A stretch of DNA of 64,000 bases from Mytilus edulis (lineage: Eukaryota): positions 27,962,001 to 28,026,000 of the forward strand of contig NC_092346.1 of the NCBI RefSeq assembly GCF_963676685.1, written 5' to 3'. The position numbers were made by a program, and so were the translations under genes. The notes beneath the pieces were generated by a model. That model was not told the origin of the DNA, made no database searches, and saw only the letters and a list, made by a program, of their open reading frames with translations. Shown here piece after piece: positions 53,195 through 64,000 of this stretch (the first letter of the stretch is position 1; each line of letters opens with the position of its first letter).

Positions 53195-56100
53195 TCATTT
53201 AAAAATCCTTTGAATATCCATAACAATAGCAAATATAACAGGAACAATCAGTAGAGCGATGCCGACCATGCCAATATTTCTCGAAGACTTACGCGGATCA
53301 TATGCAGATATTTTAGTGGCTTTGTACGATTTTGTTTCCTTCTTGTTTATAAAAATTGCATTCTTCAATAATGTAAGTTTTTCCGCTAGTTCTTCAGTTG
53401 TCCAGACAGTGCTATTTATCTGCAAACAGTTTGCACATGAACACTCGGAATACCTATCTGCAACTGTTGATGTTAGCTTTAATTTTAGCACGTCGGTGGT
53501 TAATTCTGTAATTGAATCCGTTGTTATGTCTGTAGTCACTGAGGGAATGTAGCTTGAAGATGGCGAATAAGTATCAATCGTCGTGTCGGTTAAACATTCT
53601 GAAAGTTTAGAGATTGATATTTAATGTTAAACATTGACACTTCAAACTTCAAACATTTCAAAATGTGCAAATGGAACCCAAGTATGTGGATGGACATTAA
53701 ATATTATTTTCTGAAAGAACGCAGGTTATAAACATATCGAATATATAAACTGGGAAATTAAATAATGGAGTACTTTCCATATTTACCTCGACATAGACAT
53801 TAACAGCTTTTGTAAGGTGTTTAACTTAGGGTGAATGTAAATCTTTGTTTGTTGTTCGTCCATGTGCCTTAAAACGAATTTCATATAATACAAATTTAAA
53901 TGTCGTATCTATATATATGCTAATAAGGATATATATTATGATTTTCAAACTATCCAGCGAATACAGAAGATATTGTGGGTTTACACTAAAAAGTAAAATC
54001 ACAAAAATACGGAACTCAGAGGAAAATTCAAAACGGAAAGTCCCTATTCAAACGGCAAAATCAAAGGATAAAACACATCAAACTTATAAATTCGAACTTA
54101 TCTTCAAAATGACATACTTAAAAGAGTATACCTAAAAACGATATGAGATAAAAATGATAATTTATAAACATTTGGATATTTCTGGAAATTAATTTAATAA
54201 AAACATGCAAATTTTAATTGCAATACCTCAAACTTGCTTTGAATTTTTATTTTTTTTATTTATCGTTGATGAATGGAAGTTAGTCGTGTAAACATTTTCT
54301 TTTTTTTATTGTTCAGTTAACAAAGAGGACGATCGATGCATGTTTTAGCTTTTGATTTTACTATTTTATGAGGGACTTTCCGTTTTAAAGTTTCCACGGA
54401 GATCGGTGTGTTCTGTTTTTACACACTTGTGTCAGATGCTCTGCTTACTCTTTGGAACACTTGATATATCCCCACATGTTGCTGGTAATTGTTTAGCTCA
54501 GTCTGAAGGTAGAAAACTTTTGTTTCTCTTTTCGTCGTTTCTTTTTTTTCCTTGCCCCTTTGAGTTTTAATTGTCCGTTTTTGAGGTGTCTATGTGCTAT
54601 GAATAGTATATAAATATTCACAAATATCCATCCAATAACCCTATATTACTGATATCTAACCTATCTTATATACGCTCAGTCTGTATGAACCTCCACACGT
54701 TTCACTTGAATTTCCACGACAGTTCATATTACAATCAGTAGGGGGTCTCGGTAAAAAATTGTCAGTGTTAGTAACATTTGTACAAAAGCACTGGGAATAT
54801 GCCTGGAATGAATCATATTTATTAGTAAACATATTAACATTTGCATGTATGATATATTCTCATGTTATTTCTCATTTATTTGCTAATACTTGAAAATATT
54901 TTCATTTGATTTCTTAGTAACATATAAGAATCCTTACAAAATATTATATCTTACAACAGAGCATCTGAAATATGAAAACTAAGAAAGTGTGACAAATCCT
55001 TGTTATTACATATTTGGAATAAACTGTTGTTTTAAAAGTATGAAACATCGTCATATAATTTGTTTATATATGTCCAAAATAGTAGGCGTAAAGGGTTAAT
55101 AGCTACGAGATATGACAATATTAAAATATGATTTTTGTGAATCATTACCGAAAGTAAAATAGTGAAAAAATGATTCGCTTTTAGTAGCGTTTTGCGTTTT
55201 AATTTTGTCAAAATAAGCTTAAGAAAATCGCTGATGAATTATTCAGATCTTATTGAATCTGTATTCACATGACTCTCTTCTTAACGCATTAGTTAGAGAC
55301 AGTTTAGCATCAATGAGGTGTTTTCAGTTATTAAATGTACACCAATGTCAATATTGAAACAAGGGTAAACCATTTGATCGACAAAAACTCATTCTCTTAC
55401 AGGTAAAACGATAATAAACATATATTATTGACCTATTACATGAAATCAAACAGACCTTGAACAATCCAATTGCACACGTTTGCTATATATATATATATAT
55501 ATATATATCTATAAGAGTAAAATCACAAAAATAATGCACTCCGAAGAAAATTCATAATGGAAAGTCTCTAGATAAATGAAAAAAATTGAATGCACAAACA
55601 TATCAAACGATTCGACAACAACATTCTTATTCCTGCTTTGATACATGCATTTTATAATATAAAAATGGTGTATTAAACCTGGTTTTATAGCTAGCGAAAC
55701 CTCTGACTTGTAGGACATTTGTAAAAAATTCTATTATATTGACAACGATGTGTTAACAAAACAAATAGACATGATAGTTAAAAAATATAAAAAATGACTT
55801 TCTAACAGCGGTATACTACTGTTGCCTTTATTTAACAGTAAAAGTAATACTTATAAAGTCAAATAAAAGAATACTATAACACGTTATGAAGATGACAAAC
55901 AACGTCAGTACACAGACTCTATACTTCAAGACCATTGTGTATTATTATGAAGTTATCACGGATATTTGTTATATTGGTACCTTATGGATTTGATTAGAAA
56001 AAAGGACTATATTTATGTTAATAAGAAAAATAAAAATATAAATTGGAGAAAAGATCGACATTTTCTTTTCACACATTATTACCAGCAAAGAAAAGGGCAA

Positions 56101-56385
56101 ATAGGTATGATATCTAGAGGCAATTTTATGAATTCTAATTGATAACAAACAAAATTACAAACTAAAAATAATCATCATGCAAATCTAAAAAAATGTATCT
56201 AGGCCTACGTACATATTTGGTTTAATTTTCAACATGTACCTGAGTTCCCATGTAAGTAACGTCATGCAAAAATGAACAGCAATGTGTTTCACATATATCA
56301 TTAGTCATAGTTGGAAGGTCAACTTTTCCGTACGGTAAGGTTCTTGGTGAAGCTTGGTCAACGATACATCCTATGTACTGTTTTC
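53195..56385 (-). CDS. WSC-domain single-pass membrane protein, paralog 2 (N-terminal exon not located)
   Basis: Exons 56385-56240 (GKQYIGCIVDQASPRTLPYGKVDLPTMTNDICETHCCSFLHDVTYMGTQ), 54802-54661 (AYSQCFCTNVTNTDNFLPRPPTDCNMNCRGNSSETCGGSYRLSVYKI) and 53598-53195. GT-AG junctions, same phases as paralog 1. Confidence 0.9.
55484..55508. repeat. (TA)n microsatellite
   Basis: Uninterrupted TA run. Confidence 0.9.
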
Positions 56386-57424
56386 CTGTAAGTATTATGG
56401 CGATAGTTAACCGTTATAAAAATCATGTAAATCGACAAAGATTATATCATAGTAACAACAACAATAAGAGAAGAAAATTATAACAGCTCCGGTGAGTGAC
56501 ATTTTTAAAAGCTTCTTAGTTAAAGACTTAAATGCACCAAACCTCACACTAACCTATGTTATAAATTATTTGATCGGTCGTGAGAGAATCATACGGTGCT
56601 ATTCTCAGTAAATCAAGGTCAAAGGTCAAGAATAAACATTTTTGCAATGATTGTTTGAGAAAATGTCATTTTCTACTTCTTAAACAATGAAATTTTCCCA
56701 AAAAGATAAAATGACCCTCAAGGAAAGAAACAATGAAAAAAAATTGAGGTAAGAGGCCGATTTTCTCGAAAATATTTCTCGAAAACTGAATTGTAAACAA
56801 GTCCTACAAAAAGTAAAAAATGCATCAAAAGCAAAATAATCTTACGCGATCGATATTTCTTTGCTAAAAATCAAACGAATGTATGGTTATGGGGGTCATA
56901 AACATGTTTTCATAATTTCAAGATGCAACTTAAAATGCTAACGCTAACTTGACCCCAGTAAACTTAAATTTCGACCAGCAAATCACCAATTGATGCCGTC
57001 GGAGTTTAAACTACATTAGTAATCTCCTAAATATAACGCCGTTACTTGGTGTCTGCCATTGATGGTTAACTTTTTTCCCATTTTCAGATAATTTTGCAAA
57101 CCCTCTGCTCATTTTCAAAAAACTAGATATGAAACGTCGCCTTCGATTGGTCGATTCTCCATCGACATTCAATGGCAAAGAGCCAGGTCTAGAAATCAGA
57201 CAGAGTTAACTGTCTTTGTAGTATCTTGTCTCCATGGGATAAAATAATTCAACACACTTTTCAAAAGGATATCATCTATAAAGTGAAACGTGAAGTTAAA
57301 GGCTAATAATAGCTTTTTTTTACACCGATGGGTCAACGACCCTTATAATCTTAACCAATACGTCTTCTTCACGTGAATTCCACTGTCTTTCATAATTAGT
57401 TATTAGATTTGGTACATATATATG

Positions 57425-57672
57425 ATATCGTGTACTTGGCTGGGGACTATGGTGAGACCAAGTAACGAGTCGACGAATAAGCTGGACTTCAAATTTTACT
57501 TCATTCAATTCTTATTACAAGGTCATGCTACTACTGTCTGCACTGGCAGACGACAACTAACAAATCATTTATATCTAAAAACCTGTTCCGTCTTTTCCCT
57601 GGTCGTCCTCCACCATATTGTGTACTTGGCTGGGACACTATGGTAATACCAAGTAACGAGTCGACGTATAAA
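57425..57672. repeat. 190-bp period tandem repeat; second unit interrupted and resuming at about 60619
   Basis: gtgtacttggctggg...ccaagtaacgagtcgacg at 57430 and 57620. tattacaaggtcatgctact (57513) matches tattacagggccatgctact (60619). Confidence 0.75.
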
Positions 57673-57761
57673 CTGTTTTTATTAATTTTTTATTTTTTTA
57701 TTACTTTTTTTTTGTATGTAGATTAGACCGTTGGTTTTCCCGTTTGAATGGTTTTACACTA

Positions 57762-60500
57762 GGACATAATGACTAATTGTCTGGAGAGGCAGTAAAACAA
57801 CGTCTGCATGGTTCGTTTGATCGTATAATCTCAACTCAATACAGTAACATGATACATAACAAATAGAAAAACGTTAACAAAAAATATGATGACGTTAACA
57901 ATGTAAATGGAAACGGCGTTAAAAATAGTGTTTTAAATGTTTGACGCGTAAGTTAAACTGTCTCAAAATCACCGACATACTCGGGGCCACCAAATGCAAT
58001 GTCCCTTAACTGTGATATATAGTGACATGCGGAAAGAACAAAAATAGATTTGTCTCACAAATAAGAAAAATATTAAATTATTAAATTGAATTTGACAGTT
58101 TTTTCACAAATAAGAAAAATTAACAAATCTGTTCACACACGTTAGTTTCATCGTTTGATTCGTCTCAGATAACAGTCCATGATGTTGACTTCTAATTGGT
58201 AATAACGTTTTCTGCCTTTTGTTTAACCAATTCCATGTTGAAGCGGCAGCGGACGGAAGTATTGTTTCCATGGTGACTTAGCTGTGTTCTTTCCATTTGC
58301 GGGTGTATTACACTTTCCCCCGTATTTATCTACAACTTCCGACTGACTCTTTGTGTGATCGCTTCCTGAAACTCCCAAGCATTTTAAGCTCAAAATCTTT
58401 TCCAAGTTGCCAGCAACAGCTCTGTGGTCATTTAAAATGTTCATTATGGCAGATTGATTTGTACCACTTCTTCCGTTCCTAGTCATAACGGGTCCGGACA
58501 AGAGATAATCAATTCTCGATTTTACTGCGGTTGGTTCATCTCATCTGATTTATTCTTCAGCTATTGACCAGTAATAATCTGCGCCAATCAAAAAGGATAT
58601 GTTGAACTTGTCCTCTGCAGATATCGGATGTGCGAGTCGTAATTCATGCAAGTATTTCAGTGCTTTGACTTCCTTCCGTGATGTCATGCGAATAGAGGCG
58701 GCAATTTTTGGTACAATGATTGCTTCAATCTCTATTTTGTTATCCTTAACCGTTACAATATATCAATTTTTGCTTTTGCAAGATGACGAACCTGTCCTTC
58801 ATTCCCTCCAAATCCATTTATTTTAAGTGCAATCTTTTCGGTGGACTCAATTTCTAATTTGTGCGCTAAATCTACAGTTATGAATGAGTTCTGTACTTCT
58901 TCGTCAAGTAAGATATTTGTCATGATCGATCGGTTATCGGACCAAACTGGTGTTACGGCAGTTTTCAGTAACAGAAAAATGCAATAATGCGTTCGGCTCT
59001 AGTTTCCATTACGGCAGTATGTGCTACGGTCTTGGCTGTGATATTCTCGTTTGCGGTCAAGCTCTTTGATTCTGTGGTATCTACATGTATATTCGTGTGA
59101 TGTCTCTTTCAATCTACACTGTCGGCAGTTAAATTTAGATTTACAGTTAGCTACTCTGTGATTTACTAAACAGTTGAAACATTCTCTTTTTTGTTTTACA
59201 ATTTCTATGCGTGTCACAACATCTTTTACGTTTTCACAAGTATTCGAATGATGCGGTTCTTCACAAAATTTCTGACGTGTCACCATTGACTGTTTTTTGT
59301 TTTTGACGTTCGTTGTTCCGGCAATAAACGCAGTGGTCGGTAAAATTTCTAAGTCTTCATTACTTGGACATATAGACTGTCCTGCGACCTGTACGCATAC
59401 TTCCCTCTTAATTGCTTTTCTCAATGATTAGATGTCCCAGTCGTCGTTTCCACGGTCTTGGATTATGTTTTTTCGTACATCGGACGGAAACTTATCGTAT
59501 ATTTTAGGCGTAAGAATGGCTCCTAATGTACTCTCGTTTGTTCCTAACGATTCTAATCCGCGTATGCTACATTCAATTTCAACGGAAAAGTTTCTCAAGC
59601 TGTCTGCGTTTGACCTTGGCGCTGGCAAATCAATCAAATTTTGTATATATTCGTTCGTGATTTTGTGGTTCTGACCAAACATCTCTCTCAGTATTGCTAC
59701 GGCTTGATAGTAATTTGACTTGTGAGTGGTAATCCGGCGATACATTGCGCGGCTATTCCCTGAATTTTGCAAATACATAAATTTCTGCACGTCTGTTTAT
59801 GTTTGGTTATCATGTATTGTTGATTGATACGCATCCAAGAAAGGTTACCAGTTTAACAAATTGCCATTAAAATATGGTAGATTCAATTTTGACGATCTGT
59901 ATTGCATATCATTATTCTACATGGGATGTGGAGTTGATAAAAACAAAATCTGATGCATTTGGATTTAATTTCTGATTAGAGCTAATTTCATTTGATTTGT
60001 TCTTCTGTTTTGAACTTGATGAATTGCGTACTTTTGTCAAAATTCGTTCTATATCTAAAACAAACCGATCTGATTCTTTTATCTCTGCTTCCATGTTCTC
60101 CTCTGCAATCTCCTCTAAAATTTCATTATCATGTCCCGAAAGAATATCCCTCTTCTTTTACAAGGTTTCACATAGGCTTTCTATTTCGTCGCGTTGTGTT
60201 TTTTCTTTCTCTAATTCCTCTTCAATCTTTGATATGTATCTCCTTGCGGCTCCTCGATGGCCCACTCTAATGGCCTTCTTCTTTGTCGTTCTATCCTCTG
60301 GTCACGGCACCAATATGACGGATGGGTTAACTAAAAGTCTGGTCAGGCAGTAAAACAACGTCTGGTTTGTTTGATCGTATAATCTCAACGCAATATAGTA
60401 ACATGATACATAACAATATGATGACGTTAACAATGGAAATGGAGTTAAAAGTAGTGTTAATGTTTGACGCGTAAGTTAAACTGTCTTCAAATCACCGACA
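57762..60500 (-). mobile_element. Bel-Pao LTR retrotransposon, internally deleted and degenerate
   Basis: LTRs at 60316-60500 (TG..CA) and about 57762-57977. PBS at 60301-60312. gag remnants (AIRVGHRGA, PYFNG, Cys/His knuckle CFNCLVNH..CRQC), protease-like ILLDE and KSPWK. RT, RNase H and integrase core not seen. Confidence 0.88.
60301..60312 (-). promoter_or_regulatory. Primer-binding site complementary to the tRNA-His 3' end
   Basis: Plus strand GTCACGGCACCA equals the 3' end of metazoan tRNA-His(GUG) plus CCA, 3 nt from the 5' LTR. Confidence 0.8.
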
Positions 60501-63056
60501 GTGTGAGCCTAGGCTCCGTGTTGAAGGCCGTATCTTGACCTATAATCGTTTACTTTTATACATTGTTATTTGGATGGAGAGTTATCTCATTGACACTCAT
60601 ACCACATCTTCCTATATCTATTACAGGGCCATGCTACTGCACGGGCAAACGACAACTAACGTAATAGTTTATATCTAAAACATTTTCAACCTTTCCGGCA
60701 TAGAAGATAAATTGTGTGAGGCAATCCAGATAACCAAAAGACCCCAAAATAGAAATATGACAATGTTAGAATTTAATTCAAAAATAATTAAATTCAGTTA
60801 TTGTAATTATATAACTTGGTATGCCTATTATTGATTTAAATTGACGGTGTGTTCGATTCATTTTATACTGGTCACTTTAATATGCTAATTAGTTTAGCCC
60901 GCGAAATGTTAGTCCGTGCAATTTACCTCGTGTGGTTTGGTCATTTGAATTCAAACCTTACACGGAGCTTGACCAAAGCTATAGAATTTAAAACACAGAA
61001 GAAAAGATGAGTATTCTTTTTTAGTTTTAGAATTAAGCAACATTTTATAAAAAATAATAGCTCAACAATTTTAACTGTTAATCTGGTTTTTCTTTCTTCA
61101 ATAATTTTAATTTTTTAAATGCTTTAAATAGTCGTGAACTTTTTCTTTGGTGTTATAACTGAATTTAAATTCTATCATTGCGTAAATTGTCAATCTTTTC
61201 TTGGATATTATTTTATATTTATATTTGTAAATTGAGTAGATGGTTATACTTATTGTGCGAGTTGTTATATCTAATTGTTTAACTGTCTTAATACGCTAAT
61301 GAACATTTACCATGTTATTTATTCTTAATCCAAATCCAAATCTTGCAGCGCGAAGTAACCGGCGAGTAAGCCATATATTAATTTCAACATAAATGTATAT
61401 ATAAATTCTTTTTAGTCCTAAATATGCATGAAATAGCTGCCACTGGACATAAGAAAACAATCTATGAATCTAGGTATGGCAACGAATGCTATTCACATTC
61501 AATGCATTTTGAACTTCAGTCCTGAATGAGATTGGTTTACAGATTTCACTGTATAAATATTGTAACTGATATACAGATATGAGTTTACTTTACTTTTATA
61601 CATACAAGTATTTTAATACAGTTATCTGACATATTTAATTGTTTGAAATTTCTGGAATAAGAATAATGTTATATTATTTTCATTGTTTTTCAGTGCAACA
61701 GGTATTTTAGTCCAGTAGAATAATTGTTAAAAGGTTGTTGTTTATCTTTATTTATAAGCATTCACTATACATGCTATATAAGAATAAGAATATTTCATTA
61801 AATGTTAATGAAAAGGGAACATTCTAAAACTATCATGACAATACAAAGACAGATGACATATTTCAAAACTTTTCTTGTCTCTCTTGGTACAACTGATTTT
61901 TATAGTTTGTTCTTATGTTGTACTGTCACAGGTCAGGGGGGGGCGCTTGCTAACATGTTTAACCCCACCACATTTTGTATGTATGTGCCTGTCCAAAGTC
62001 AGGAGCCTGTATTCAGTGGTTTTCGTTTGTAGATGTGTTGAATATTTGTTTTTCGTTCATTTTTGTACATAAATTAGGCCGTTAGTTTTCTCGTTTGATT
62101 TGTTTTACATTTGTCATTTCGGGGCCTTTTATAGCTGACTATGCGGTATGGGCTTTGCCCATTGTTGAAGGCTATACGGTTACCTATAGTTGTTCATTTC
62201 TGTATCATTTGGTCTCTTGTGGAGAGTTGTCTCATTGGCAATCATACCACATCTTTTTTATACACACACACAAACATATACATTTGTATGTAAAGAGTAA
62301 TATTTCATATTTTGTTTCTTTACATTCAAATGTTAATAAAGTTTTACTTTACATTTTCAATATACCAACTGATGCTCTGAAAAAAGGAATAAACAAAAAT
62401 CGTCATGTTATGTGACTTTGGACGATAGAATTTCATGAGAGTGGTTGACATTTTCATGCTTTAAGCTTCTATTTTGACCAAAAAACTTAATATGGAGGAT
62501 TGAAATTGACTAACAAGATGTAAAAGAAGCAAAATAAACAAAAGCTATAACCCAAATGATTAAAACAAATATACATATATTTTATTAATTTTTAAAGAGA
62601 GGCAACAGTTTTTCCAGAGTAGTAAAAAATTACCATTTTGAAAATTTGCTATTTCTTCGTTGTTATTATGTGTATTGATAAAAGTGAAACTGTTTTGAAA
62701 ATGTCTTCACAATGCCTTTAAAATGAGGTCAAGTTTTCTTAGAAAAAAAAAAAAAAAAAAAAAAAAAAAACAATAATTATTTTCTTATATGACTTTCGTT
62801 ATCAATGTGATATTATCATTATGAACATACTTGAAATATCTGCCACTGGACATAGACATCCACAATCAAGCATTTGCGGTTTTTTCTACTTTGGTTATTG
62901 CCATTGTATCTTAATACTAATTAGTCAATGGTAAAAATTGAAATATTTGTATTTCAATATTGATTCAATTGTTTGATTAAGGGATGTAACATTTACAAAT
63001 GATATACTATTTTACTAATGTATTGACTAACATTGTTATTATTTGTTTAAGCCAGT

Positions 63057-64000
63057 ATGCCGAGAGGAAAAGGGGAGAGGGTGCTGCCGAACCGTGCTGT
63101 ACGTAGGCAAAATCAAATACAACTACCGGTAAACAGAAGGCTTCGCCCAAAGAGAGCTGAAATTGTAAGACAAAATATAGCCATTCCACAACAGCCGTTA
63201 ATACCACCACAACAGCCATTAATACCACCACAACAGCCATTAATGCCACCACAACAGCCATTAATGCCACCACAACAGCCATTAATGCCACCACAACAGC
63301 CATTAATGCCACCACATCAGTTATTGCCACCACATCAGTTATAACCACAACAGCAGTTATTACCACAACAGCCGTTTGTACCACTACAGCCAATTCTACA
63401 ACCACAACTCATTTGAACTTCAAACTTCCTCTGCAGCCCACTGAACAACAAGTTCCTGATCAGGGATGTGTAAACCCAGGGCAGCCCACAGCTCGTAATT
63501 CTGTACAAAACGGTGAGATTTTAGTTATACCTACTAGTAATGATGTTGATGTGTTTGTACCACAAAAAATTATAAACCAAATATGGAATTTAGAATATGT
63601 TGATTTGGCACAATTACTTTACAAAAACATTTTGTTTCAAATATTGATCAACCGAAAAAAGTGCTCGGTTTTGATGAAGATGGAGACATTTTAATTGACA
63701 GAAACAAATATTCAAAAGTAAATCATTATCTAACTTAGGTGAGTGGACTGAAGGTTTTTTTGTTTTTTTTTTAAATTATATGAAAATTTTATTGCAAAGA
63801 TTCCCGAAATTGGCAAATGAATTGATTAGCTACATGACGATTATAAGGGGGTGTACCTTTTGAGAACGGTTATAAATTTGACATGCATTTCGACTTAGAA
63901 AAGCTCGTGATCATATGCGTGCATGGGACGTCATTGATGGGCTGCTATTGGCTTCAGTTTATTGCAGTAGGCATAAATCATGTTCCACAGACATCTTTTT
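63057..64000 (+). mobile_element. DIRS/Ngaro-like tyrosine-recombinase retrotransposon ORF1 (gag-like) remnant, runs off the window
   Basis: Broken frames VPQKIINQIWNLEYVDLAQLL, EWTEGF, PKLANELISYMTIIR and FDMHFRLRKA...WD match my recollection of this ORF1 family. No RT or YR in the window. Confidence 0.6.
63186..63378 (+). repeat. 21-bp coding minisatellite (PPQQPLM)n, about 9 units
   Basis: ccaccacaacagccattaatg repeats in ORF 63057-63344. Confidence 0.92.

Noticed and set aside
60900-62700. Several minus-strand donor-like sites as first exon of WSC-2
   Set aside because: None gave an open phase-1 Met-initiated hydrophobic leader.
63007-63405. Hydrophobic 132-aa minus ORF (VVALMAV)n
   Set aside because: Antisense reading of the 21-bp minisatellite.

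Overview
AT-rich, repeat-dense animal genomic DNA. The repeat families and gene content suggest a bivalve mollusc, probably Mytilus-like; this is an inference, not a database result. Four spliced host genes were rebuilt by hand from GT-AG junctions. Two are paralogous WSC-domain single-pass membrane protein genes (minus strand, 74-3863 and 53195-56385; first exon not located). One is an intact SLC46/PCFT-like MFS transporter (+, 35203-39745, 470 aa). The fourth, convergent with it, fuses a TTC22/IFIT-like TPR region to a C-terminal TIR domain (-, 42809-46061) and has a single 1-nt frameshift just before the TIR. The rest is mostly mobile-element debris: a ~8 kb diverged direct duplication (4868-13083 / 15090-22836) with filled and empty insertion sites, Penelope-like RT fragments, a dispersed repeat carrying minimal type I hammerhead ribozymes (two copies look intact), and a deleted Bel-Pao LTR element with a tRNA-His PBS. 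There is also a DIRS/Ngaro-like ORF1 remnant, a MULE remnant, a V-type tRNA SINE, several TIR elements and minisatellites. Best leads: the TPR-TIR candidate immune sensor (and its neighbourhood with SLC46 and WSC genes), the hammerhead family, and the conserved membrane-proximal module of the WSC proteins.
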